Part shown: in pieces, positions 1-13,746 of the stretch
Layout: each line of letters starts with the position of its first letter
Position numbering within the stretch: the stretch's first letter is position 1
Assembly (NCBI GenBank): GCA_023213395.1
Contig: CM041465.1
Location: 134,423,741-134,487,740 of the forward strand
Source of the DNA: Cycas panzhihuaensis
Lineage: Eukaryota > Plantae > Cycadophyta
DNA length: 64,000 bases
Direction: 5' to 3'
Program-made: the position numbers and the translations under genes
The notes under the pieces: model-generated
Told to the model about the DNA's origin: nothing
Databases searched by the model: none
Seen by the model: the letters and a program-made list of their open reading frames with translations, nothing else

Positions 1-257
1 GTAGTGATGACTCCACCACGAGCGATACAACCCATAGAGACCTAGAAGAAGGCAATGGATATTAGATCAGAGAAGAGGGTGGGTAGGCCTCCCTTGAAAA
101 TATTGAGGGAGAGGGAAACAATAGCTTAGGTAGATTAGGGTAATTAGAAAACCCTCACCAATGGTTTCCTTAAAGGACTCGGGCTTAGATCTAGAACTGA
201 TGCACGTGATCCCTCTAAATGGGAGGCTATGGAGATTTGGAAGTAGAGGAAGAAGAA

Positions 258-3200
258 ATAAAACTTATCTCATGGAATGTTAGGGGACTGAATGCCCCCT
301 TAAAACAAAGGATTTTAAAAGATATGAGAATGAGGGAACTATCAAATCTTATCTTTCTTCAAGAAACAAAGTTGAACCTAGAAAATAATATAAGAGCTAG
401 GAAAAGTATTTAGAAAAAAGCGAAAGGCAAAGGAGTAGGTAATATGCAAGGAATTGGGGGACTAATGGTAATGTGGAATCTGGATGTATGGATCGAGGAA
501 ACCTTCATAATGGAGGACTCCTTCATATCCATGTGGTTTACTAGCAGCAGGAACAACACAAAATGGTTGGCTACAAATGTTTATACCCCAAACCAATATG
601 AGGAAAGAAAGAGGCTATGGGATAGAATTTTGGATGCCCATAGTGAATGTAAGGCTCCTTGGTTGGTGGCTGGAGATTTTCATACAGCACTTAGCCCAGG
701 AGATAAGAAAGAGGGCCAAGAAGGCTAGACAAATAGTATGCACAACCTCAGCTATTTTATGTAGAGGGGGGGATTTATGGATGTGAAGCTAAGGGGTGCA
801 TCTTTCACCTGGTCAAATAAAAGGCTAGGCAATCAATCCATTCAAATTAAATTAGACAGAGTTATGGTCAACTACGAATGGGCTAGGCGCTTTAAAGACT
901 TTTCTTTAGAAACACTTCCAAAAACTAGATCTGATCACTCTCCCCTCTAACTCCTATTTTCAAACTCAGAAAAGCACATAGGTTTTCCCTTCAAATTTGA
1001 AATGATGTGGATCAGACACCCATATTTTAGAAAGAAGGTTGAAGAATGGTAGAATGTTCTAATTCAGGGGCATGCCATGTATGGGCTCTCGAAAAAACTA
1101 GATTAGGTGAAAAGACAAGCGAAAGGCTAGAACAAGGAAGTGTTTTAGAACATATATGCCCTCAAGGACCAAACTATCAAGGACCTGAATGAAATAGAGA
1201 GGTGGATTCAGGACGAAGGCAGAACCCAAGACTTGGATAAAGTGGAAAGATAATTAGTGGAAAACTTGGAAGAGCTACTAAATAAAGAAGAAATTCATTG
1301 GAGGTAAAAGTCCAGGGCCATTTGGCTAGTAGAAGGAGATAGGAATACTAAATTCTTTCATATGACGATAGTCAAGCATAGAGCAAGCAATAGGATCACC
1401 AACCTACAAAGGGAAGATGGCTCAGTAGCAAACACATCCAAAGACTTAAAAGATCTAGTGAGTGACTATTTTAAAGATCTATTCACTGAACTGCAAGGAG
1501 GGGACAGGGAAGCCAAAAGTATATTTCCGAGGTCTATACCTAAATTAGTTAATGAAACACAAAACACCTTGTTGATTGCGCACTTCACCTAGGATTAGAT
1601 CAAGACGATTGTGTTTGGTATGAAGAGAGACAAAGCTCCAAGTCTAGATGGTTTTCCCCCCAGTTTCTTCCAGGAATTTTGGGATATTATCAAAGATGAT
1701 CTTATGGAGGCTTTGCAAGAGTTCTTTTTAAACCAAAATATTCTTCAAGAGTGGCAATCTACATTTTTTATTCTTATCCCAAAAAAGAAAGGTGCCAAGA
1801 GAATGGAGGAATTCTGCCCAATTAGTCTTTGCAACATGAAATATAAGATATTAGTAAAGGTGTTGGCCAATAGATTAAAAAAGATTATTCCCAGCATGAT
1901 TTCTCAAAATTAGAATGGATTCGTGCAAGGCAGACAGATCACTAATGGTATTATCGTGGTCCATAAAACTATCCACTCAGCTAAGGAAAGGAAGGAGCTC
2001 GCTATGCTCATTAAAATAGACCTATCTAAGGCCTTCGATAGGGTTTCTTGGAGTTACCTGCTGGAGTTCTTAGGTGCATTTGGGTTTGGTGAGAAATGGA
2101 GAACCTAGATAAAGCTCTATATATCCAACCCCCAATACTCTATCATTATTAATGGTACTTCACCTAGGTTCTTTACGAACCACAGAGGGTTGAGACAAGG
2201 GGATCCATTATTGCCTCTTCTCTTCATATCTCTGGCTAAAATGCTAGGTAGGACCATGGAGATGGCCAAAAGGCAAGGACTTATCAAAGGTCTGCACCCT
2301 ACCTCTGGGGTGGATAATGTTGTGCACCATCAATTTGTTGATGACAATATTTTTTTGGGGAAAGCCTTCATCAGGGAGGCTACCAGAATCAAAGAAGGCT
2401 TGAAAAGATTTGAGTTGGCTACGAACCAGAAGGTAAACTTGAACAAGAGTAATGTTTACTTTATAAACACCCTAGGGACTACTCAGAGAAGGATCAATGA
2501 TATTTTGGAAATGGAAATTAAGAAGTTGCCTATTACCTACCTTGGTATACCCCTTTTTGTGGGTAAGATGAAAGGGACATGTGAAACCCCATCATTAATC
2601 AGATTCAAAGGAAATTGGCTAGTTGGAAAGGGGCTCTTTTAATCCAAGCTAGGAAGCTCCCGCTTGTGGCTTCCACTCTACAAAGTATCCCAGTATTCTG
2701 GATGTCCATCTTCAGAATTCTAATTAGTGTCTCTATTGTACTAGAGACTGTCTAGAAAAGATTTCTTTGGTCTGGGGTCGAGGTAAAGGAGAGAATTCAC
2801 CTGGTAAGTTAGAGCAAAGTTTGTAAACCAAAATGGGTAAGAGGATTAAAGCTTAAAAGAATGTCTTTATTCAATTTAGCTCTGGTGGCTAAACTCGCTT
2901 GGCATCTAGTCAAGGGTTGTGGGGGATTGTGGTAAAAGATTCTAACATGAAAATACCTTCAGGGTAATTCTCTCCTTAAGAATATTGTTCCCCCCTCTGA
3001 TTCAACTATTTGGAGGAGCATCAGCATGGCTAGGCCTATGATGAAAGCTAGCCTGAAGTGGAATTTAGGGGATGGGAACACTATAAAATTTTGGGAGGAC
3101 GTATGGTGCTCTAATAAAAGATTAAAAGACTGCCCTATCTTAGTTTCCCTTCAGGCTGTCTGTAAAAGATTGTATGGCACCCTTATGAAGAATTATTGGA

Positions 3201-4313
3201 ATGGGAGTGGCAGAAGGAAAAAATAGAAGAATTTTAAGGAACTCCAGGGGAGATCGTTACCCCAAGAAGGCATCTTCAAACTTAGAAGGATCCTTGATCA
3301 GGGCAGACTCAATTGTTTATCCCTCAATAGAATCTGGGGAATACTCAGTAAAGTAGGGCTACATGCATCTTTATATAGCAAGAGGGGATCAGAAGAATGA
3401 GACTTGCCTTAGAAATAATATTTTAATAGTGGACAATCTCATGAAGAGAGGTTATTAGCAGCTGACCAATAGATGTATTCTATGTTGCAAAGATGAGAAA
3501 TATGTGGATCACATCCTCCTATGAAGCTCTTACTCAGGTGAGGTTTGGAGACTTTTACTAGACCTTTTTGAAGTAAAGTGGGTCCTCTCTAGAAACATCA
3601 TCGATCAATGAACATCTTGGTAGAGCCCATTTAGAAGCAAAATCCTAGGCAGTTTGTGGAAAAGTGTTATTCCAGTGATGTCCTATAACTTATGGAGAGA
3701 AAGAAACAGGAGGATCTTCCAGGATAGATGAATTGGCCCAAATGCTATTTTCAACGTTATCCATACAGGTATTAAGGAGAATGTTAAAAACATGGAAGAT
3801 AACTGTATGATGATGAGGGAAGAGAGGATGTTGCACACATGGGGGTTAAGCTCAAAAATAAAGGAGGAGATTAGAAGGAGTTGCCCCTAAACTCCTCCTG
3901 GGGAGAATTAGTTAAAGATTAACTTTGATGGCACCTCGAAAGGTAATCTTGGAGAAGCTGGTGGTGGTGGTATCTATAGAGATACTAAAGGGAACCTCTT
4001 ATAGGCCTTTGCAGAGTATTATAATTAACAAACAAACCACTATACTGAGATGGCTACTATGCTCAAAGCTGTGGAGCTAGCTTTAGAAGGAGGCAGCAAC
4101 AGGGTGGTTATTGAGGGTGACTCCCTGAATATAATAAATCAGTTGAAAGTCACAACTTCTCCAGATTGGAGATTCCAATCTATGATTAAAGATGCTCATG
4201 ATGCATTAAAGGACATAGAATACGTCCAACTACTACACACTCCTAGAGAGGGCAATAAAGCAGCTGACCTACTGGCTAATTGGGGGGTTAGAAGTAGGAG
4301 TTATACTTTCTAG
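258..4313 (+). pseudogene. LINE ORF2 (endonuclease-RT-RNase H), many stops and frameshifts
   Basis: ORF track pieces 219-413, 444-728, 1362-2642, 3026-3226 and 4050-4313 are consecutive parts of one L1 ORF2. Many stops are TGG>TAG or CAA>TAA. Confidence 0.9.
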
Positions 4314-4538
4314 AGAGAGGGCTTCCTAGATGATCTCATGAAACTAGTTGAGAGATAAATAATCTATGACAACTAACTATGTGACTTGTCCTAGCATACT
4401 TTTTGCACATGTGTTGTTAATTATTCATACTCAGGCCGTGGGGTTGACACGGCCATCATGACTATGTTGACAAATTAACTATGGTGTACTGGGTTGTGGG
4501 ATCCTGTTTACAAACCCACACTTTATTTATTTTACCTT

Positions 4539-4557
4539 AAAAAGAAAAAAAAAAAAA
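4539..4557 (+). repeat. poly(A) tail of LINE #1
   Basis: AAAAAGAAAAAAAAAAAAA about 225 bp after the ORF2 stop. Confidence 0.8.
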
Positions 4558-4585
4558 CCATGTGTGTAACACAATGAAGGTGACG

Positions 4586-4843
4586 TGTTATGAGTCTAAT
4601 CTTGTAACCATTCAAGATAAAAAAATATGAAGAGAATATAATAGAAAGAAGATAAAGAAGAAAGTGAAGTTCTAAAGAACATTCATTAATATAACACCAT
4701 ATACACTCTCTTTACAATAAAGTAGGGTATATATAACATTAATCCCTATATTATTATAATCCTACCTCTAAATTAACAAATATCTTACTTATTTATTATT
4801 AACCTTTACTTAACCTATCCTCATATAGTGGAGGATTATGACA
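4586..4843 (-). repeat. 3' LTR of the short LTR element
   Basis: Colinear with 13747-14004; TG...CA termini. Confidence 0.85.
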
Positions 4844-5824
4844 AGTCGTCCACCCTGAGATGCTTCGCCCTTAAAGCATTATGATACATGGATACATGTG
4901 ACCACCTCTTATTACTACTATATAATTGATAGGTCCTATGAAGGTCATAAGAAAAGTTGTGCATGGAATGAGGATCTATCCATCCCAAGTAGATTCTAAT
5001 ATACTATGGATGTCCTCTAGTATATCCTAGATGTATATAATGTTAAAACCTTAAGGTCAAATATTATACTTGCCTAGGGTATGTAGTTGATGTGGGTCTT
5101 GCCTAATAAGTTTTGTCACACTCAGTCTCTTGATAATGTGGATGTCGATATGGTTGCACTTTGGTTTATCTTTTAACCTTTGGTGATGTTTTTTTTTCCT
5201 TGTCCGTTGCTATATCTAGTGGTGTACGGTGGTAAATAGTTTCTACTACTTGCTCTTGACACTCTTCTTCTCCCTCATTATCTTTTTGTTATTCATCACT
5301 TTATGTAGTTGGAAAAATTCCTTGTCCCACCTTACAATTAAACCTCTCGAGTATTTTGTGAGCTTTTTATTTTTCATACTTAAGGCTTTGCATCTCTTAC
5401 TACTAAGAAGCATTATATTTTATATGGATAGTTATTATTAACCAATAAAATGCATTAAATAAACTAGTTATGATATAACACTTCTTAAACCAAAGGTAAG
5501 TCTCTCTTTATAGATATAATAAGGCTACTTTAGACATCTCTTCATTGCTCCTATATTTATCAGTAAGAGATTCTAAATATACACACATCTCTAACCCACT
5601 CATTTGTAGAAAGTGTCCCATCTGCATTAAATATATGTAGTATAGGTCTTTTGGTAGTCATGATGATATGTAGATAGAAAATACTAGGGGTGTCTATATC
5701 TAATTAACCCTCTTAATAATTTTTTTCCTTTCTTGATACAAGAAAATATTATGGCCTCAAGAGCAATGGTATGCAACCAAGGTCTGAACGATAAATAATA
5801 ATACAAAAATAAATATCAATACAA

Positions 5825-6149
5825 TATTAGAAGGTAATGTGCATTAAATATAATTGGTTAAGTTATAGGTCATGTATGAGTGATCAAACATCAAGGCCAA
5901 ATATGATTGGACAACATAAAGGCCAAATATAATTGGGTTAGCATAAAGGACAAATATGATTGGTTGTAACTATAGGTTGAGAGAGATCATATATGTAAAG
6001 TATGAGATTATGTAGTGTGAGTTTTTTGTATCAATTTTGAGTTATGATCATGATCTTTTGATATGCTAAGTTCCATTATAATGCTACTCTGATGTTGTTA
6101 TCTTAATCCTAGTTATGCCATTTTATGCACTCGATTTCATTTTCTAATA
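5825..6149 (+). repeat. Copia #1 5' LTR
   Basis: Matches 12787-13154; three internal copies of AAGGCCAAATATGATTGG-like units. Confidence 0.92.
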
Positions 6150-6161
6150 TGGTATCAGAGC
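6150..6161 (+). promoter_or_regulatory. Primer-binding site (tRNA-iMet) of Copia #1
   Basis: TGGTATCAGAGC directly after the LTR. Confidence 0.92.
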
Positions 6162-8387
6162 ACGTGGTGAAAAAGAGAAGTTGAATTAAAACTTATGGTG
6201 AAGAAGTGAAGTTGAAAGAGAGAATTTCATGAAGAAAGAAGCTAAAACAAGGAGTCATAACAAAGTTCTATTGAATCAAAGATTACCAGATATTATTGTT
6301 ATATCAAGCCTATTTCATAAGTTATAAAGTTATCAATTTTTATCAATCATATGCTTATTGATCTTTAATATTACTTTGAGACTGTTATTGAAGAGTGCAT
6401 AGCCTGTTTAAAAGAAGAATTTTGTCAAAAATCTATTAAAATTCCTACTTTTATGAGTGAATCCTCAATTTCATTTATAGAAATGAAAAGTCTATTTTAT
6501 TCCATTTGACTTTGTTTTGAAGTTGTTCCACTCCATTTCAAACATAGTTAACCCATTGATTTTGAATGTTTCCTTTTAGTCTATGAGGCAATTTATTAGA
6601 TCTATACCTAAAAGTTAGCCTACTCTTTGTCACAACTTTCCTTGAGAGCATTTACACATTAATCCAACTATGAGAGGTGACTTACATTTGTGTTAGTAAA
6701 TTGGCTAGAAAATCTAAAAATATTTAAGTGTCCAATTCTATTTTAGCACCTAAATCTCTACTCATTTGAAGATATCCCTACTTATCTTATTAATTACTCT
6801 ATTGTACTTTCATTGGCCATTGAACGATCTATTCAAATGCATAGATCCGCTACTGAATGAACTTGTCTTGGCCAAATTTAAGGAAACCCTCTACTCAATA
6901 CTTTGTCAATTATGCACTCATAGATCTATAGTCGTATCATTGAAGCTTGTTGTCTATTGCTCAAATTACTTGGCCAAATCTAAAGTCACTCAAGCATCCA
7001 TGTTTAATTTATAAGGTTTCTGATCAAAGAGTTATTTAACTTAATCGATTTATAGTCACTACTCTCTAATCGCATCATAGCTCTAATTGCGTGAAGTTTA
7101 TGCCCTTCTTGTGTTGCATTGGATTGTGGAGTAATCAACTTAAATTATAGAGGAGTCCCACATAAATAGCCTAAGCTAGCACACTAAAGATGTGTTGTGG
7201 TAGACCCTATTGCTGTGTGATCCAAATCCTCTGGTACCTATGTACTCATCTGCAAACCCTAAGTTCTAAGTTGTCTCCTACACCCTCATGCCTACCATCG
7301 AATGCTAAGTCATCTTCACATAATCTATGATCACTTAGGAGAATTTACCCTAACATCTCCAATATGTACCATCATGATAAAAGAACCCTACACCCACCTC
7401 GCTATAGCACATTAATCTTGACATCAATTTATGGCACCGAGTAGCTGATGTAAGAGATCTTGTAGTTTGCCATATGAATCACATGATGCATGACTGTGAG
7501 GAACAAGCCTGTGTATCTAATGCATCTATTGTTCCTCTACAATCACCTTAATTCTTCCTAAGCAACTTCTATTCAATAGTATATGAGCTCACCTAAGCAA
7601 AGCATAGAGAAATTTGATCAAACTTTATCAAAATGATTTATTCGAATGATTTTCCTGGATCTGTCCATATAAGTATTCATCAAATATTGATTTATTTAAC
7701 TTTAATTTTTTTTCAAAGTTTTTTAAAAATTTAACTAAATTAGATATTAGTTACAAGTTCATGGAGCACCTTTTGAGATAGCAGGTGATTATGTGGAATT
7801 ATCAAGTGACCTAGAGTTAAAGTGAAAGGGGTTAGAAGGCTTTTCAATTCTTTTTTAGTTCATTTTAAAGTATCTAAGCCTTTTTTGTTATAACTTTGTA
7901 ATTAGGAGTCCAATTTATTAACTACCTAAACCATTAAGAAGGCATTTTAAAAATGATCATTTTGATATATGATTTGAAGCATTTTGGAGTTTTCTTTATT
8001 AATATATTTTCAATCAAAGTTAACACTTTGTTCAGAACCCTACATGGTAACCAATAAAGTAATTTTTCATGTTTATTGATGATCATTTGATGTAATATCT
8101 TGAGCAACATTTCACAAACATCATAGCTTAATATTTGGCCCTAAGGGAAGTTTGTTTCAAACCTTAGCAATAGCCTTATTAAGCTCATTAATAAAATTCA
8201 AAGGAGCCAAAAGGTGGTCCCAATTGAAGGGATAGGTGTTGGTGATGCATATCCTATTTTAAAGGGATATTTATGTGTTTGTTTGTACTCTCTCTAGAGT
8301 ATTTTTTCTATGGTGGTGATTGATCATGGTTGATTTACATTTGTGCCTAATTTTGCAAATCTTAGAGCTTCTTAAACTTCATTTTGC

Positions 8388-10566
8388 ATGGATAATCTAA
8401 TGTTAACTCCTAAGCTTGGTGAACGCAACTATTTCATATGGTCAAGAAGAATGAAGCCTATTTTACAATCTAAGCAATTGTAGAATATTATTTTAGAAGG
8501 CTATATTACTCATGTTCCTATTTCCCCTACTATTGATTTGACTCTAGATCAAGAAAATTTAAAAGAATAATTAGAAATGAAAGATAGTGAAGTTATTGCT
8601 TTCATATTCAATAATATACTTGATGAAAATTTTCCTCACATCTATAATCTCTCTATTTCTCATGTTATTTGGACTACCTTAAAAACATCATTTAATGAAA
8701 GTATAAATACTAGGATTCAAACTTTGAGAAGAAACTTTGAAAACTTAAAATGTATACTATAAAATCCGTTAACTCTTTTGTCATAATAGTCCAAGATCTT
8801 ATAAATCAATTAGGTGCATTAGATGAATAAATACCTGAACATAGAGTTACAAAGAAAATTTTAAGATGTACAAGAGAAATAGGGAAATTTGAAACAATGA
8901 TTACAACCATTAAAGTGACAAGTGATTTATGAACTTTAACAATTAATGAGTTATTATTAATATTGTTAACAGAAGGGGAAAAGAAGTGTTCCATTGATAA
9001 CTTGGAATAAGCCTTTACTTCTAAGGCTTCCATAAGAGGAAAGTTTAAGAGATTACTAAATCAATGAACCAATTCACCATTAACATATGATTATGGTTAA
9101 GGCAACTCTAGATAAGGACAAGGACAAGGACAAGAAGGAACATCTTCATCAAGCTATAAATAAGGTAACTTTGGATATAAAAAAAGACAAGCAAGAATAT
9201 CTTCATTAAACCATGGACAAGGTAATTTCAAACATGAATATGGTCAAAGACAAGGATAAGCTGGTGAATTTATATAAAACTTTAGACAAGGAAATTTTGG
9301 ATATGGATATGAACAACAACAACATAGACAAAGAGGAAGATTGAGAGGAAGAAACTATACAAGATAAAGGAATCCTATACCATCAAGAGGAAGAGATAGA
9401 ACACCATCAAGAATAATTGGAAGAGGAAGAGGTTCTGTTATTTCTTGTTATAAATGTGGAATGGAAGGATATTATTCATATGGGTGTCATCAAGATAATG
9501 TGGTCAATACTGCAATTGATAAAGAAGAGAACATTTTCTATATAATCTTGAATGTTCAAATTTCCAACAAGAAAGATGAATGGTACATTGATTCTGGTTA
9601 TTCAATTCATATGTCTTACAATGTAGATGCATTTTCTAAGATCCACGAAGAAAATAATAAAAGGAAAGTGGTATTTAGAAATGATACTACATAGGAAGTC
9701 TAAGGATAAGTAGTGGTCATAATTTAGATTAAAAGTGGAACAAATAAGAATATTTAAAATGTCTTATTTACACCTAGATTGAGAAGAAACTTGTTATATG
9801 TTGGCCAAATGATGGAATAAAAGTATAGAATAGTCTTTAATAATGGAGAATATGAAATAAGTGATAAGTTAAATAATGGTGTTATTTTTGAAAGAGGCCA
9901 AATGATAAAGGATAGATTATTCAAACTTGTACTTTCCCCACCTTTACAAGTATTGAATACTTCTATCTCAAATGATAACATACTTTAGCATCATAGATTT
10001 AGTCATCTCAGTTATAGTGCACTTAGTACTTTATAGAAGAAAAGTATGGTTACATGACTTCTAGATATTTAAGGTAATAATGGAGTTCCGAAGGTTGTAT
10101 CTACAAAAAACCAACACAGAGAAAATTTTCCTAATTCAAAATTTCAATCCAAATATCCACTCTAATTAGTCCATGCAAATTTATATGGCCCAATGAGAAC
10201 TTTAACAATTAGAAATACTAGATTTTTCATTATTCTTGTTGATGATTTTACAAAGAAAATTTGGGTATATTTCCTCAAAGAAAAGTTTAAAATATTTTTT
10301 AGATTTATTGAATTCAAAGTTATGGTTAAAAGGCAAAATAGTTACAGGTTAAAAACACTTCATTCAGATAATGGAGGAGAGTTTATCTCAAATGAGTTTA
10401 GAGATTTCTATAAAAAAGTTAGGATAAGAAGATAATTTACCACTTGATATACACCTCAATAAAATGGAGCAGCTGAAAGGAAAATTAGAACAGTTATAGA
10501 AATGGCCAAATACATGTTGAAGACCAAAGAGCTAAGTAATAAATATTAGGCTAAAACGGTAAGTAC

Positions 10567-10621
<55 letters not shown>

Positions 10622-12770
10622 AAAAGTCCTACAAAGATAATTAAGGACTTAACTCCTAAAGAATGTTGGACAGGACATAGGCTAGATGTTTCACATTTGA
10701 AAATATTTAAGTGTGTTACTTATGCTCATATTCTTAATGAAAAAAGATCTAAATTAGAAAGTAAAAGTATCAAGTGTATTTTCATAGGCTACTCAAGTGA
10801 AAGAAAAGCCTATAAATTATTTAAACCAATCGTAAGGAAATTTATAGTATGTAGAGATATAATTTTTAATGAGAATGCAATCTATAAAATTGAAGAAGAT
10901 AGAGGAAAATAGGTTATTGTTGAAGTAAATTTAGAATCATTTCCACTTCAGACTTCATCATCTTCAACATCGGTTTCAACTCAAGGTTTAAGACAAGATT
11001 CAAGTTTTACTCTTAGATCATCATCATCAAGTCAAGAACATTCTACTCTAAGCTCGTCATCATCAAGTTAAGAAAATGCCACAAGATCTATTTGAAGTTC
11101 ATCTCCATCAAGTTAAGAGCAAGCTATAAGTCCAAAATGGTTCGTCAGAAGTCATAATCCATAAGCTATACTTAATAAAAATTTTAATAAAAGGTTAACT
11201 TGATCTTAAGCTAAAGTTAACTATGTATTGATGGCTCAAGTTGAAAAAAATGATGAGCCAGAAACATATGAAGAAGTTATTGTCAAAGATGATTAGGTTG
11301 AAGCTATAGAGACAAAATATAATTCCTTAATCAAAGATGAAATTTGGGATTTAGTTGAGTTACCTATCGACAAAGAGATGATAGGAATAAAATGGGTTTA
11401 TAAAACCAAGTATAAATCTGATGATACTGTTGACAAATATAAGGCAAGACTTATGGCCAAAGGTTACACTCAACAAGAAGGAACTGATTATGAAGAAACC
11501 TTTACTCTAGTTGCTAAGATGGATACAATCAGAAGTCTCTTAGCTTTAACTACTTATCAAAGGTGGATCGTTTATCAAATAGATATCAAGTCAACATTCC
11601 TTAATGGATACATTGATAAAGAGATCTATGTTGTACAACCTGAAGGATTTTAAAAATAGGGAAAAGAGTACTTAGTGTGCAAGTTGAAGAAAGTTTTATA
11701 TAGACTAAAACAAGCTCCAAGAGCTTGGTACTCTAGAATCAATAAGTATTTTAAAGATAAAGGATTTTAGAAATGTCCACCAGATATAAATCTATATTTC
11801 AAAACCATAGATACTTCAGTTCTTATAGTTTCTCTCCATATGGATGATCTTATCTACACAAGCAACAATAATCAAATGTTCTAGAAATTCAAGGATGATA
11901 TGAATTTAGAATTTGAGATAACAAATATAGGACAACTACATTACTTCCTTAGTATGGAGATTTGGTAAGATGAAGAAGGAATCCATATGTCCTAAAGTAA
12001 ATATACTATGGATATATTAAAGAAATTTAACATAAGTAAATATAAGTCAAGTTCTACTCCTGTTAAACTCAAGTTAAAGTTAGGTAAAAATGAAGATCCC
12101 ATTTCAATTAATCCTAATTTATTGATAGGAAATCTAATTTATTTAACTGATACTTGACTTGACATAGCATGTGTAATGAATTTAACTTCGAGATACATGT
12201 CAGAACCAAAGGAACAATACTAGGAAGTAGCAAAGAGGATCCTCAAATACATCAAAAGGTACTTTAAACTATGGACTTTGGTACACTCCATTAGAAGAAT
12301 TTAGATTGATTAGATATTCAAATGCAGATTGGGTAGGTAATATTGAGGACAGAAAATCAATTTTAGGATATATATTCAATGTTGAATCAGCATCTATATC
12401 ATGGAATATAAAGAAACAACTATCAATTTCTTTATCGATAGTAGAAGCATAATACAAAGTAGTTGAGATAGTAGAAAGATAAGCAATTTAGCTCATAATA
12501 ATTCTTGAAGATCTTTATCAACTTCAATAGGAATTAATAATGATCTTTTACAATAATCAAAGTACAATTCAAATGACCAATAATCTAGTCATGCATAGCA
12601 AAATAAAGAATATGGACATCAAACATCACTACATAAGAGAACTCATTCGAAATCAACACGTTTAACTTCAATATTATAAAATAGAAGACCAAGTTACAGA
12701 TATACTTACCAAGGCATTATTAAAGAGAAAGCATCTCCAACTCATACAAAATCTTGGTATACATCCAAAT
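8388..12770 (+). pseudogene. Copia #1 gag-pol polyprotein remnant
   Basis: gag UBN2-like segment, zinc knuckle (CYKCG), PR (WYIDSG), INT (LVDDFT, SDNGGEF), RT (IGIKWVYKTK, YKARLMAKGYTQ) and RNase H. End coordinate approximate. Confidence 0.9.
10570..10617. repeat. (TA)n microsatellite expanded inside the Copia integrase
   Basis: About 24 TA units interrupt the integrase reading frame. Confidence 0.95.
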
Positions 12771-12786
12771 GTGTATTATAGGGGAG

Positions 12787-13154
12787 TATTGGAAGGTACT
12801 ACATATTAAATATAATTGGTTAAGTTATAGGTCACGTATGAGTGGTCAAATAGAAAGGCTAGATATGATTAAACACCATAAAAGCCAAATATGATTGGGT
12901 TAACATAAAGGATAAATATGATTGGTTGTAAATAAGGCACAAGATAACTATAAGTATGCATGTAGTATGAGAGATTGTAGGTTGAGAGAGATCATGTATG
13001 TAGAGTATAAGATTATGTAGTCTGAAGTTTTAATATCAGTTTTGAGTTATGAGCATGATCTTTTGATATGTTGAGCTCTATTATGGCACTACTCTCATGT
13101 TGTTATTTTGATCCTGGTTATGTTATTTTGTGCATATGATTTCATTTTCTAATA
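12787..13154 (+). repeat. Copia #1 3' LTR
   Basis: Matches the 5' LTR apart from an ~43-bp extra segment near 12930-12975. Confidence 0.92.
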
Positions 13155-13746
13155 TACAAATCCTTACAAAATAAAAGTATTAATTTTATATTTAAATAAT
13201 TATTAAATAATAGCTTAAAATACATAAAATATAGCCCAAAATAATGACCTTTAAATTACAATTCCAATAGTTAGATAGAATAAAATTCTAATATCTATAT
13301 CAAAAGATATGACCCTTTTAAGAAGTGCTTATTCCTAAGGTTTTTGAATTATAAAATTGCCATTTGATAAAATATGGATGACTTTTTTCTTAGACCTTTG
13401 ATTGACCTAAAACCACTTCAATTCAAATGTAGACAAAAAATTACACATAATCAAAAAAAAATTGAGATCCTTTGGATAGCTGTAGCTAAAGTTATAGTCA
13501 TTTGAAGTTAAGGTAGCAAATCTACCTTCAAATTTACTGACAAAAAGTAGGCTGAAATTAAATATGTTATGATTTTTGCACTTTCATCCCAAAATCTACA
13601 ATGTAACCACTAAATTTTTTTAGGACAAGTCATTTCGTCTTAAATTCACCATTGTTTTTTTCGAAATTTTAATGTTTATTCTCCTAGATGTGCCTTCAAA
13701 CCCTACATTAGAGTAGGAAAAATAATTACTAAGCTTTGATACTACT

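Larger units (their letters stand above)
1..4557 (+). mobile_element. L1-clade LINE #1 (decayed; 5' part lies outside the window)
   Basis: ORF1 tail, then ORF2 fragments in the order APE endonuclease (ISWNVRGLN, LQETK, WLVAGDF), RT (KAPSLDGF, KIDLSKAFDRVSW, RQGDP, QFVDD) and C-terminal RNase H (INFDG, VIEGDS, REGNKAADLLA), then a 3' UTR and A-rich tail at 4539-4557. Confidence 0.93.
5825..13154 (+). mobile_element. Ty1/Copia LTR retrotransposon #1, full-length but decayed
   Basis: LTRs 5825-6149 and 12787-13154; perfect 5-bp TSD TACAA (5820-5824, 13155-13159); PBS TGGTATCAGAGC at 6150-6161; PPT ATAGGGGAG at 12778-12786; domain order gag-PR-INT-RT-RH. Confidence 0.95.

Noticed and set aside
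3915-4313. RNase H domain in the LINEs as a novelty
   Set aside because: A C-terminal RNase H is well known in plant L1 elements.
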